From: an uncultured Bacteroidales bacterium
GTDB lineage: Bacteria; Bacteroidota; Bacteroidia; Bacteroidales; VadinHA17
Direction of reading: 5' to 3'
Length of the DNA: 64,000 nt
Assembly (NCBI GenBank): GCA_963843635.1
Contig: CAWJLF010000007.1
Location: 65,570-129,569, forward strand
Part shown: positions 1 through 10,000 of the stretch, one piece after another
How positions within the stretch are numbered: the first letter of the stretch is position 1
Layout of the letters: every line of letters starts with the position of its first letter
The notes under the pieces: generated by a model
Database searches by the model: none
What the model saw: only the letters and a program-made list of their open reading frames with translations
Told to the model about the DNA's origin: nothing
Program-made: the position numbers and the translations under genes

Positions 1-2
1 GT

Positions 3-164
3 GAAAATAATCTTTCATATTCACCCCCGGCACTGATTGTATCGACCTATTACAGGATAATCGCTACTGATGGAGGTACGCCTTCCTGCGGGACTGTTTA
101 CAGCGAAACGGTATTGATTTCAGTCAACCAGCTGCCAGCTACATCTCCAATTTATCACCGATAG
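3..164 (+). CDS. 3' end of a secreted Ig/PKD-like repeat protein (5' partial)
   Basis: The open frame from the window edge translates to ...YYRIIATDGGTPSCGTVYSETVLISVNQLPATSPIYHR-stop. The cysteine-containing beta-rich module and the tail closely resemble the end of the next ORF. Confidence 0.45.
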   Translation, partial: ENNLSYSPPALIVSTYYRIIATDGGTPSCGTVYSETVLISVNQLPATSPIYHR

Positions 165-201
165 ATCTAAACCAAAATAGTAACCAAATAACTATTAAAT
201 C

Positions 202-891
202 ATGACTACAAAAAAGCAATTAAAAGGAAAAACCAGCATGCATAGCAGAAGCAATGGTCAGATGTTCAATTTATTGATCAAATTGACGATTCTGTTACTA
301 ATTTTAACAGATGCGCAAGAAATAAAGGCTCAGAGCGATCCAAGTCCGACGCAGACAGTAGGTACAGGAAATGAACCATACCTGGTAACAGCTACTCCCG
401 GGTCAACATATACCTGGACAATTTCCCCCGGCATGTCAGGTAACGAATGGAGCATTAATGGAACCGGTAACAATATTTCAGTAGACTGGAACATTACCGG
501 AGTGTATACTCTGTCGGTTGTTGAAAGAAATGCCCAGGGATGCATCGGCGATCCTGTGCAAGTTGTAGTTACGGTAAATGAGATGCCTGTTGTAACGGCA
601 ACTCCTTCTTCAGAAGCTATCTGCAGTGGCTCTGCTACCGGTATCTCATTATCAAGTAATTTAGGAAACACTACCTTCACATGGACAGCTACTCTGACAA
701 GCGGAACAGTATCAGGGTTCTCTGACGGAACAGGTCCGGCAATTTCCCAGACACTTACCAACACTTCAGGAGTTCCGGCAACTGTTACCTACACGGTTAC
801 TCCTACTGCAAATTCAATTACTGGAAATCCGATCACAGTTGTAGTAACTGTTAATCCATTGCCATCAACATCACCCATTTATCATAACTAG
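202..891 (+). CDS. secreted PKD-like/Ig-like repeat protein
   Basis: 229-aa ORF with a hydrophobic N-terminal signal (FNLLIKLTILLLILTDAQEIKAQ). It has two Thr/Ser/Gly-rich beta modules (PGSTYTWTI...GC.G..V.V.V and ICSGSATGISL...TVTYTVTP), as seen in Bacteroidota surface adhesins. It ends in LPSTSPIYHN. Confidence 0.6.
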   Translation: MTTKKQLKGKTSMHSRSNGQMFNLLIKLTILLLILTDAQEIKAQSDPSPTQTVGTGNEPYLVTATPGSTYTWTISPGMSGNEWSINGTGNNISVDWNITGVYTLSVVERNAQGCIGDPVQVVVTVNEMPVVTATPSSEAICSGSATGISLSSNLGNTTFTWTATLTSGTVSGFSDGTGPAISQTLTNTSGVPATVTYTVTPTANSITGNPITVVVTVNPLPSTSPIYHN

Positions 892-910
892 ATGGAAAGT
901 CTTTAACCAG

Positions 911-1493
911 ATGTTTAAAAGGCACCCTTGCATATTATTATTCGGTATAGTCCTGCTCATCGTGCATGACATGTCAGGTCAGGCAACTATGCCGGATAAT
1001 GTATGTACTGGACAGATCAGACATTATTATGTTAATTATAATCCGGGTTCAACTTATATGTGGTGGATTGATGGGGTAATTCAGCAAAGTTTTAATACCA
1101 GCGAATTTGTTCATACCTGGAACGCCTCAAAAATTTATTTACTTGAGGTACAGGAGCGTTCAGCATATGGTTGCCTGGGACCTGTCAGATCCGTACATGT
1201 AGTAGTTACCGGTCCGGAACAACCTGATCTTATATATTCCTGAAGCTTTTTCACCCAACGCGGATCTTATTAATGACGTCTGGAATATTGATAACATAGA
1301 GGCATACCCGAATGTTACGGTCACCATTTATAACAGATGGGGCCAGACAGTCTGGAGATCGGATAATGGCTACACTCATCCATGGGATGGAAAAAGCAAA
1401 GGCGCTGACTTGCCAATGAACTCATATCATTATGTGATTGATTTGCATAACGGATCAAAACCCATTGTCGGAGAAATAACAATAGTAAGATGA
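911..1493 (+). pseudogene. T9SS type B sorting-domain (gliding-motility C-terminal domain) protein, reading frame broken near 1238
   Basis: ORF 911..1243 has a signal peptide plus the same PGSTY.W...GC.G module. A second frame from about 1236 reads (I)PEAFSPNADLINDVWNIDNIEAYPNVTVTIYNRWGQTVW...YHYVIDL...GEITIVR-stop. This matches the IPNAFTPNGDGINDxF type B CTD signature. A single-base change joins the two parts. Confidence 0.7.
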
Positions 1494-2512
1494 AAAAGAG
1501 CATTTTGGTAACTGCTAAAAGACTGGTCTGTATCTTGTTATTTGTTGATACAGGACAGAGCTCATTGGCCCAGCAACTACCTTTATATGACCAGTATCTT
1601 TATAACAAGTTTCTGATCAACCCGGCGCATGCAGGCAGTGACGGGTTTACAAGTTTTAACATGACGGCTCGTGAGCAATGGGTTGGCTATTCAGGTGCTC
1701 CCAGGACCTATTCCATAAGCTGGCAGACAAGGATTCTGAAAAAAGGCTATAAAATCAGGAAGAATATTTTTAACCGGACTGACTTTAAACCAAAAAATGA
1801 TGGCAGGGTAGGTTTGGGAGCATATATTTTCAGCGACAGGAACGGCCTTATTAAAAGAACAGGGGTTCAGGCAGCTTATTCATATCACATGTGGCTCCAT
1901 AAATCCACTCAATTATCTATGGGACTTGCTTTTACCGGGTATCATTTTATTATCAATGCTGATGAACTGAGTTTTGAAGACTCAAATGAACCATGGTTAA
2001 ATGATAATTTACGAAAAGGCATCTTTGTTCCGGATGTTGATTTCGGAATATATCTTTTAAATCGCAGATTCGACTTTGGGTTTTCCGCTCTTCAATTATT
2101 TGGTGCTGCTGTCAAAACAGGTGATTATGCATACAGAAATTTCAGAATGTATAGGCACTTTTATACCTTTGGATCGTATCATATTTCTGCCGGAAGCAGA
2201 ACTGAAATCGAACCTTCTGTACTTTTCAAAATATCCGAACAGCTTAAGCCACAATCTGATATTGGTATTACATTTATATATGACGATAAATTGTGGTCGG
2301 GATTGACTTACAGAACAGGAGGAGGACTGTTAGCCAATATACGGTTAAGATATATACCTGGCCATTCCAAATGGACTGCCATGTATTTTGGATATGCTAT
2401 TGATTTCACTCTCAATGAGATTCAGAGTGTTACCTATGGAACTCATGAATTGACCATAGCACTGAAGCTAGGCGACAGTACAAGAAGATACAGATGGCTG
2501 GAAAGATATTAA
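1490..2512 (+). CDS. PorP/SprF family type IX secretion membrane protein
   Basis: 340-aa ORF. The N-terminus QQLPLYDQYLYNKFLINPAHAGS and the beta-barrel-like remainder are hallmarks of PorP/SprF. Its start overlaps the upstream stop as ATGA. Confidence 0.85.
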   Translation: MKKSILVTAKRLVCILLFVDTGQSSLAQQLPLYDQYLYNKFLINPAHAGSDGFTSFNMTAREQWVGYSGAPRTYSISWQTRILKKGYKIRKNIFNRTDFKPKNDGRVGLGAYIFSDRNGLIKRTGVQAAYSYHMWLHKSTQLSMGLAFTGYHFIINADELSFEDSNEPWLNDNLRKGIFVPDVDFGIYLLNRRFDFGFSALQLFGAAVKTGDYAYRNFRMYRHFYTFGSYHISAGSRTEIEPSVLFKISEQLKPQSDIGITFIYDDKLWSGLTYRTGGGLLANIRLRYIPGHSKWTAMYFGYAIDFTLNEIQSVTYGTHELTIALKLGDSTRRYRWLERY

Positions 2513-2705
2513 TAAGATTATCTGCCTTTCTTTAAATATTCTTTTTTTTGAAATATCTTTACATCACAAAATCTTCAGTTAAGATCTTTTCTTTGTAGAG
2601 ATTAGCTCACCAGGTCTTTTATTCAAAATAGTAACAGACTCTGTTTTCTTAATAAATTTTAATCTGTTTAAAGCTCTGAGTCCAAATTTCAAATATCTAT
2701 TAAAA

Positions 2706-4406
2706 ATGCCCGGAAAAAATATTTCTCTTTACTGTTTTGCGATTCTTTTACAGATTCCAGTACCGTTTACATATGGTCAGACGGACAATTTAAAAGATCC
2801 TTCATATGAATCAGTTTATGTACAAACTGATCGTTCAATATATTTTGCAGACGAGCCCATTCTTTTTAATGCCTTCATTTTAAATGATTTATCAAGCCAT
2901 TACAAGACAATGAGCGACACACTTCTTATTGCTGTGATAGACCAGGATGGACTGGAAGTGGCCTCAGGAGAATTCCCTGTTTCGAATTACGCAACTACAG
3001 GGGATATAATGCTTTCAAAATACCTCACTGATGGAAATTATGTTCTCATCGCAGGTACAAAGCGCATGAAAGATCTTACCCCTGATAAGATTTTTTCAAA
3101 AATAGTTGAGATCCGGGTTCCAAGGAAACAGGATGAGATTTTCCTGGTTAAGCTTAACAATGATAAATATATAGCCGGCGAAGAACTGACAGCTAACATA
3201 TTTATCAAGGATAAAATGAATAAGCCTGTGTCAACATCCTTCTCCTGGGTTCTCACCGGGCCAAAAGGAGAGATAACAGATGGGAAAGGCAAAACTGATG
3301 AAGATGGAAAAACTATATTACAAACAAAGCTGCCTGACCTTCAAAATAATGAATCATACAAACTTATATTTACTTCATCGGGCAAAGGGGACAAAATCAG
3401 ATTCGGGGTTGTCATCCCGACTGGCGACCATACTGGTATGAGGAACCAGGCTGATAAAACCAAAATCAATAATCCTTTGAATATAACCTTAAGTACAGAT
3501 CAAGAACAGTATACCAAAAATGAAGAAACCACTTGCTATATAGCTGTAACTGATGAACAAGGAAAGCCGTTGTATGCTGATCTCTCAGTGTCTGCATCGG
3601 ATTTTTTCCCTCTTTATTTTCCGCTGAACAGGGATAATATTATAACTTGTTCAAATCTTAAAACTTCTGAAAGCGGATTAAGTTCAGAATGGGCATCAGT
3701 ACTGGATAATATAAACAGGAACCCTATACATGAAATAATAAATTATAAAGTATCGGATGGTAATCTTTTCAATAGTGACCTGGCCAGTTCTTTCGGTCTT
3801 GCCCTTTCGCAATTTGTTCAAACACCCGGACAGACGTATTTTGTTCAGGAGAAAAATGATCTGAAGAAAATCAGGAAAAAACAGGCATCTCAAGAAAAAG
3901 AAAAAACGGTCGGTTACTCAGCTGACAGGAATATATATGATATTATCCGGAGAATAAAACCCTACCAGATCGTAGATGGTAAAATAATGTTCTCAAATGC
4001 AGGTAACTTCTCTGTAAATTTTCAAAATGGAGCATTAATTGTTGTTGACGGTGTCAAGATGGGGACAGATGTTACAATACTTAATAACCTGCCTGTTACT
4101 GAAATTGCACGGATCACGGCAACAACTAACCCCTCTGAGCTTCAGAGATATTCAGCACTTAACAGCTCGGGTCTAATTGAGATAACAATGAAGAAGGGCA
4201 ACTCCCTGGTTGACAAAATGCGTGCTGCGGAGAAGAGGCTCAATAGTTCAATCCTGTGGAAGCCCGATCTGACCACTGATACATCCGGCAAAGCAAAAAT
4301 ATCATTCTCAAACGATGATAGTTCCGGGAGGATCATACTTACTGTTCAGGGTGTTACATCCGATGGGCTTACAGCGAATTGTTCCATTCAGTATGAAGTG
4401 AAGTAA
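2706..4406 (+). CDS. secreted hypothetical protein with an MG2-like N-terminal region and a plug-like C-terminal region
   Basis: 566-aa ORF with a signal peptide. VYVQTDRSIYFADEPILF resembles macroglobulin MG2 domains. IVVDGVKMGTD...TEIARI...SSGLIEITMKKG resembles a TonB-receptor plug segment. No firm family assignment. Confidence 0.4.
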   Translation: MPGKNISLYCFAILLQIPVPFTYGQTDNLKDPSYESVYVQTDRSIYFADEPILFNAFILNDLSSHYKTMSDTLLIAVIDQDGLEVASGEFPVSNYATTGDIMLSKYLTDGNYVLIAGTKRMKDLTPDKIFSKIVEIRVPRKQDEIFLVKLNNDKYIAGEELTANIFIKDKMNKPVSTSFSWVLTGPKGEITDGKGKTDEDGKTILQTKLPDLQNNESYKLIFTSSGKGDKIRFGVVIPTGDHTGMRNQADKTKINNPLNITLSTDQEQYTKNEETTCYIAVTDEQGKPLYADLSVSASDFFPLYFPLNRDNIITCSNLKTSESGLSSEWASVLDNINRNPIHEIINYKVSDGNLFNSDLASSFGLALSQFVQTPGQTYFVQEKNDLKKIRKKQASQEKEKTVGYSADRNIYDIIRRIKPYQIVDGKIMFSNAGNFSVNFQNGALIVVDGVKMGTDVTILNNLPVTEIARITATTNPSELQRYSALNSSGLIEITMKKGNSLVDKMRAAEKRLNSSILWKPDLTTDTSGKAKISFSNDDSSGRIILTVQGVTSDGLTANCSIQYEVK

Positions 4407-4424
4407 AACCTGATCATTTGTTGA

Positions 4425-4690
4425 TCCCTCACTTCGTTCAGGATGACAGGTCATCCTTTTGGGTATAAGGGGGTGTTGAAAAAGTCAAAATGCATTAACC
4501 GCAAAGGTCGCAAAGTATTTACGTGAAGATCGCAAAGATCTTAATTTGTGTTTTTTATCTTTGCGTACTTGGCGTCTTTATTACCCACCGTAGCTGTGCG
4601 GAGGTGGGCTTAGTGTTCTTTGCGGTTAAAAAGACACTGTCATGCCGGATGAAGCCAAGCGAAACAAGGAACCGAGTCTCTGTTTACGGG
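4425..4690. repeat. structured intergenic repeat element with nested inverted repeats, flanked by copies of the dispersed gtcatcc/gcgag family
   Basis: A 12-bp inverted repeat pairs ttaaccgcaaag (4496-4507) with ctttgcggttaa (4618-4629). An inner inverted repeat pairs cgcaaagat with atctttgcg. A cccacc...ggtggg hairpin is also present. The segment 4633-4665 matches 33597-33630 in inverse orientation (28/33 by hand alignment). Confidence 0.5.
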
Positions 4691-4732
4691 GAGGAGTTCA
4701 CCGAAAGTAATCTTCTAAAAAAATTATCAACA

Positions 4733-6019
4733 TCAGTTTATCAGGGCAGCCAGAGCAGCACCAACAAGGCTGGACTGCTTAACTTCAGTGAATTCATAAT
4801 AACGTTGTCTCTCACCAGTTAAATATTCATCCAGGTATTTTTCAAAATATTCTCTGAGTTTATGCATTTTATAAAATGTAGTCCCTTCAACGGTGATGAG
4901 AATCGGATGATCAGGTGATTTACCCTTGTTCGTTTTCAGAATAATTGCTGCCATACTTACAGCGACAAGCTTCGCTGCCCTGTCTATGATATTGATCATG
5001 ATATTAACACAATTTTCCCTGTCGGTATCATCGGATATAAATAAGTGTAATGGTGTCTTTCCCGAAACGGGATTATCCAGGAAATTACTGACTTCTTCAG
5101 ATGTCAGGTTATCAAGAGATAATAGATATGAAGATGTTGTTGATGAGAAGACACCTTCCTTTGCAGCTGTTTTTAATGTTAAGAGGCTAAGACCTCCCAG
5201 GTATCCCCCTGCTATCATTTTCTCAAGGATATGCTCACCCGGATTTGTTGTAGTTTTGTCGTACGCATTGTCTATATCTGCCTGTGCGATCTTTCCAAAA
5301 TTTCCAGACTCAATATTAATTATCTGGCTCTTGTTCCCGTCAAGTTCTGGTTTTGTAAGTATATTACGGTTGCTCTCAATATAGCATCCATTGGTTCCGG
5401 TACCAAGAATATAACCAATAAACGAATCATATTTTTTGGTCACAGAGGCAGATTTGCCAGCGAGTAATGTTGCAACTGTATCATTCAGCAGTACTATCTG
5501 TTTTTCAGTCATTCCCAATGTTTCCAAAAGGTTTTTCCCAATGAGTTGTCCGATTACACCAGGTGCCTGTACCTCTTTACAGAATTTAATGAGGACCCCA
5601 TCCTTACTTGGAAGTATCTCCGATGGATAGGAGAAACAGAATCCAATTCTTTCCGTTATCTGTGCAATAGGTCTTATATATCCTGCAATCGTTTCAAAGA
5701 ATTGTTCTTTTGATATCTCTCCTTCCAATCCAGGCATCTTATCATTTATTACATCGCTTATTTTTAGCAAATTATCGGTATCGAACATTACTTTTGCGGC
5801 CCTGAAATTGGTACCTCCGGCATCAATGGCCAATACAGGCAATCCTGTCAGGAAGTTATTATCAGCCTCTATATATGTTGGTATCATCCGAAGGGAGCTT
5901 GCAAGGTTTCCTGCCAGACCTTCCATCATCTCAGAGGTAAAGATATCAACCAGCTCCTGTATGTCATAGTTAGAAGCTTTCATTTTATGTTCTGTCAGGA
6001 ACTCATCGCTCTTTTTCAT
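4733..6019 (-). CDS. hexokinase family sugar kinase
   Basis: 428-aa ORF. LAIDAGGTNFRAAKV matches the hexokinase phosphate-1 motif LxLDLGGTNFR. The length and downstream GTGTNGCY motif are consistent. Confidence 0.8.
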   Translation of the reverse strand: MKKSDEFLTEHKMKASNYDIQELVDIFTSEMMEGLAGNLASSLRMIPTYIEADNNFLTGLPVLAIDAGGTNFRAAKVMFDTDNLLKISDVINDKMPGLEGEISKEQFFETIAGYIRPIAQITERIGFCFSYPSEILPSKDGVLIKFCKEVQAPGVIGQLIGKNLLETLGMTEKQIVLLNDTVATLLAGKSASVTKKYDSFIGYILGTGTNGCYIESNRNILTKPELDGNKSQIINIESGNFGKIAQADIDNAYDKTTTNPGEHILEKMIAGGYLGGLSLLTLKTAAKEGVFSSTTSSYLLSLDNLTSEEVSNFLDNPVSGKTPLHLFISDDTDRENCVNIMINIIDRAAKLVAVSMAAIILKTNKGKSPDHPILITVEGTTFYKMHKLREYFEKYLDEYLTGERQRYYEFTEVKQSSLVGAALAALIN

Positions 6020-6316
6020 ATAAGTTTTGATATGTTTACAATTATACGACCAGGTTTAAAATATTTCGGGAATAAAAGTAAAGAAATATTCTATTTTCAC
6101 AATCCAAAATCACAATTTCATCGTTATATGATTTCCCGTTATTGGATTTAATTACGGTCTCATCTTTTCTTACAGGGGCCATCAAACAACTTGTTTATAA
6201 CGATTATATCCCTGTTTATCATTCGATTTTTCTGAGGAAGGCTCTGATTATCGGTCCAATTAATTATTTTTATAGGGGAATAATTTCCTGAACCTTACAA
6301 ATTCAATAATAGAGAT

Positions 6317-8725
6317 ATGCGTATTAAGTCAGTATTTATCGTTCTGATGCTCGTATATGGCAGCCTTTCAGCGCAGAAAGTGCAACAGCTTCCCATACAG
6401 AGCATCAATCCGGATCTGTTTATAAGCCGTTGGAGTGCACGTTGGATATCTCATCCTTCTGCCTCCCTTCTTGACTATGGGGTTTATCATTTCCGAAAGG
6501 AATTTAACCTCCCTGAGAAGCCAGGGGAATTTATAATTAATATTTCGGCTGATAATCGTTACAGGCTGTTTGTAAATGGAACAGCAGTTTGTTTTGGACC
6601 AGCCCGCTCAGACCTTGAACACTGGTCATTTGAGACTATTGATATAGCCCCATTCCTTCAGCCTGGAAAAAACCTGCTTGCTGCTGAGGTCTGGAATTTC
6701 GGGGATCTGAGACCATGGGCCCAGTTCACTATAAAGACTGCATTTATTGTTCAGGGAAACACCGGCAATGAAAAGGTTGTGAATACCGATGCCTCATGGA
6801 AAGTTTTAAAAGATGAGGCCTATACCCCAGCCTCAGCATCCTCAAAAGAGACCCAGGGGGCCTTCATTGTTGTCGGACCGTGCGAAAGGGTCGAAGCATC
6901 TCTTTATCCCTGGGATTGGGAACAACCCGGCTATGATGATAGTGCCTGGCTTACCCCGCGGACACTTGATGCAGCTCACTCCCATGGTTATGGTTCGGAT
7001 ATTAACTGGGAGTTATCACCAAGAACAATACCACTGATGGAAGAGAGAGAACAAAAGTTTTCTGCAGTTCGCCGTATTTCAGGTGGAGTTATACCTGCAG
7101 GATTTACTGAAGGTAAAGAGAAATGGATTATACCCGCAAATAGCAGGATAACTGCTTTGTTTGACCAGTCTGTTCTGACAACCGGATACCCTGAGCTTCT
7201 TGTGTCTGAAGGTAAAGGGAGTACCATCAGACTGACCTATGCTGAATCATTATTCGACTCCACAGGCTCTAAAGGAAACAGGAATGATATTGAAGGCAAG
7301 TCCATACTTGGATATTCAGACTATTTTCTTCCGGACGGTTCTCAGAACAGGCTTTTCAGTCCTCTCTGGTTCCGCACCTGGCGATATCTCCAGGTAGAGA
7401 TACAAACTGGAAAAGAACCCATGGTTATTAACAAATTTTCAAGCCGTTTTGCTGCATACCCACTTAAAGAAAAGGCTGCCTTTGATTCTGACCAGCCGGC
7501 CCTGAAACAAATATGGGATGTAGGCTGGAGGACTGCCCGGCTTTGCGCGAACGAGACCTATTTTGACTGTCCTTATTATGAACAACTGCAATATATCGGA
7601 GACACAAGAATCCAGGCTCTTATTTCTCTCTATGTGTCAGGAGATGACCGCCTGGTAAGAAATGCAATCAAAAATTTTAACCAGTCCCGGTTTTATGAAG
7701 GTCTGACAAGGAGCCGGTATCCGTCAGCCAGCCCCCAGATCATTCCACCCTTCTCGCTTTACTGGGTCGATATGGTGAATGATTACTGGACACTCAGAGA
7801 CGATTCTCAATTTGTTAAAAGTTTCCTTCCGGGAATTGAAAATGTACTTGGCTGGTTCAGCAGGAGGGTCGATACTGAAACAGGAATGCTGGGCAGTGTA
7901 GAATACTGGAATTTTGTAGACTGGGCAGTTGAGTGGCCATGGAATAATGAAACAGGCTTTGGTGGAGTTCCCAAAGGAGCTTCCATGGATGGGAATTCAT
8001 CTGTTCTGACAATGCAGTTTGCATACGCAGCTCAGAAAGCCTCTGAATTATTCAGATATTTCGGCATAAATGACAAGGCAGAGCAATACTCTAAGCTAGC
8101 CAATGAGCTGACCGGTGCTGTATATGATAAATGCTGGGATGATAATAGAGGTTACCTTGCTGATACACCTGAAAAGGAAGAATTCAGTATGCATGCACAG
8201 ATATTTGGAGTGCTTACAAATACAATTCCCCAGGACCGGCAAAAGGATTTTATAAAACGGTTCCTTAATGATAAGACCTTAATCCAACCGACCATGTATT
8301 TCCGCTTTTATCTTACCCAGGCACTGAAAAAAACCGGTCTTGCTGATCTCTATACAGAGACACTGGGACTATGGTACGATATGCTTGACAAAGGGCTGAC
8401 TACCTTCGCTGAAAATCCCGATCCTGCCAGGTCCGATTGCCATGCATGGAGCGCCAGCCCTGATTATGACTTTCTTGCAACAGTTGCCGGCATACGTCCG
8501 GCTTCACCAGGTTTTAAAACTGTTGAGGTTAAGCCGGCACTTGGCAAACTTAATTTTATTAAGGGACAAATGCCTCATCCAGCGGGAACAATAAGCTTTG
8601 ACCTGAAGAGGAAAGGGACAATGGGACTGAGTGGTGTTATTGTATTACCAGAAGGTTTGACAGGGAATTTTATTTGGAATAACAGGACAATACCACTTAA
8701 AGGCAAAACTACCATTGATTTATGA
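6317..8725 (+). CDS. alpha-L-rhamnosidase-like (GH78-type) six-hairpin glycosidase
   Basis: 802-aa ORF with a signal peptide. It has an N-terminal beta-sandwich (RYRLFVNG) and a central YFDCPYYEQLQYIGDTRIQAL motif typical of rhamnosidase-related (alpha/alpha)6 proteins. Assigned from memory of the family. Confidence 0.55.
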   Translation: MRIKSVFIVLMLVYGSLSAQKVQQLPIQSINPDLFISRWSARWISHPSASLLDYGVYHFRKEFNLPEKPGEFIINISADNRYRLFVNGTAVCFGPARSDLEHWSFETIDIAPFLQPGKNLLAAEVWNFGDLRPWAQFTIKTAFIVQGNTGNEKVVNTDASWKVLKDEAYTPASASSKETQGAFIVVGPCERVEASLYPWDWEQPGYDDSAWLTPRTLDAAHSHGYGSDINWELSPRTIPLMEEREQKFSAVRRISGGVIPAGFTEGKEKWIIPANSRITALFDQSVLTTGYPELLVSEGKGSTIRLTYAESLFDSTGSKGNRNDIEGKSILGYSDYFLPDGSQNRLFSPLWFRTWRYLQVEIQTGKEPMVINKFSSRFAAYPLKEKAAFDSDQPALKQIWDVGWRTARLCANETYFDCPYYEQLQYIGDTRIQALISLYVSGDDRLVRNAIKNFNQSRFYEGLTRSRYPSASPQIIPPFSLYWVDMVNDYWTLRDDSQFVKSFLPGIENVLGWFSRRVDTETGMLGSVEYWNFVDWAVEWPWNNETGFGGVPKGASMDGNSSVLTMQFAYAAQKASELFRYFGINDKAEQYSKLANELTGAVYDKCWDDNRGYLADTPEKEEFSMHAQIFGVLTNTIPQDRQKDFIKRFLNDKTLIQPTMYFRFYLTQALKKTGLADLYTETLGLWYDMLDKGLTTFAENPDPARSDCHAWSASPDYDFLATVAGIRPASPGFKTVEVKPALGKLNFIKGQMPHPAGTISFDLKRKGTMGLSGVIVLPEGLTGNFIWNNRTIPLKGKTTIDL

Positions 8726-8880
8726 CGATCGAGTATATCTTATTAAAATCATTGTCGATGTAGTATGTTCCGCTTCCTGCTTTGAAAGTCCGACAGTTTA
8801 TTAGCTGTTAAGCCGGATTGTATTCATTGATTTTAATCGTAACTTGCAATTATCAGACATTTTTTATAAAAAGACAAGAC

Positions 8881-9540
8881 ATGAAAAGAATAATGTTAAT
8901 AGCTTTCTGTTTGATGGTTTTTGGTCCTGGAGAAGCGAAGCTGTTAGCTCAAAAGGACACTGCTATATATGTCAATACTGAATTTGAGATGGGGAAAGTG
9001 AAATTGAAGAATGGAAGAACTGAGACAGCTCTCATGGATTACAATACCGTATCACAGGAGATGATATTCTATAAAAATGGAGCTATGCTGGCTCTAGACA
9101 GTCTGCAGAATATAGATACTGTTTATATTGGACAACGTATTTTCATCCCCTATGAAAAGGTTTTCTATGAGCTTCTTGTTAAAGGTCCTGTGTCTCTTTT
9201 TGTTCAGCACAAGAATAATGCAGTAGCCGGGGGCACTCCTTCAGGCTATGGTGGATCAACTGAGACAGGTGCGACTTCCAACTACGCTTCTCTTACTAAT
9301 TCTGTACACAATTATAAGCTAAAACTACCTGACAAATACCATTTAATCAATGCAACACTGTTCTGGGTCAGATGGAACAATAAATTCCACAAGGCAAATA
9401 GCAGTCCCCAGATTAAGAAGATCTTTCCTGAGAAAGCCAAGGAAATAAAACAATTTATCAATCAAAACAATATTGATACAAAGAAAAATGAGGATCTGGT
9501 GAAACTTATAGTTAAGTGCAATGAATTGGTCCAAAGATGA
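8881..9540 (+). CDS. secreted hypothetical protein
   Basis: The ORF track gives 8818..9540. The internal Met at 8881 begins a clean signal peptide, MKRIMLIAFCLMVFGPGEA. No recognisable family. Confidence 0.5.
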   Translation: MKRIMLIAFCLMVFGPGEAKLLAQKDTAIYVNTEFEMGKVKLKNGRTETALMDYNTVSQEMIFYKNGAMLALDSLQNIDTVYIGQRIFIPYEKVFYELLVKGPVSLFVQHKNNAVAGGTPSGYGGSTETGATSNYASLTNSVHNYKLKLPDKYHLINATLFWVRWNNKFHKANSSPQIKKIFPEKAKEIKQFINQNNIDTKKNEDLVKLIVKCNELVQR

Positions 9541-9586
9541 CCTCCATTACAATTCTATAACATAGGGGAGACCATTTTTTATTCCC

Positions 9587-9757
9587 TCATTTCTTTTCAG
9601 GAGCAGGTGCAACATATATGACATCCTCTTTCATCTTCACCATATGCTTATGCCGGTTAGAGAGCAGAATGCCTGCGAGAATAAGGACTGCCAGAATTAA
9701 AAGTAACAGGAAAGGGCCACTCCTGAAAAGTTCAAAAATAAAGTAGTCTTTTTTCAT
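9587..9757 (-). CDS. small single-pass membrane protein (56 aa, below the ORF-track cutoff)
   Basis: Hand translation gives MKKDYFIFELFRSGPFLLLLILAVLILAGILLSNRHKHMVKMKEDVIYVAPAPEKK, with one clear TM helix. There is no homology support. Confidence 0.3.
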   Translation of the reverse strand: MKKDYFIFELFRSGPFLLLLILAVLILAGILLSNRHKHMVKMKEDVIYVAPAPEKK

Positions 9758-10000
9758 GCCAGACTATTTTAAGTGTGCAAGTTGAATCGTTTTAAAGCAT
9801 AACCGGTCATAGAGTTAATATCCTGACTTGTATACCAAAGTTAATAAATTCTTTTAAGATTGATCGAAATAACAAATCTAAATGAGACAGCAAAGAAAGT
9901 ACAAGGGATTGATAAAAAGATACTATTAGATTGGGAAGGCTCTCAGGTTCCCTTTTCCAAGTTAGCTGGATCATCCTGTGATCCGGTTATTCTTTACTGA

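Noticed and set aside
4523-4822. 99-aa ORF on the + strand
   Set aside because: It lies over the structured intergenic repeat and runs into the 3' end of the hexokinase gene on the opposite strand. It has no signal of a real protein. Its translation is typical of a repeat-derived artefact.
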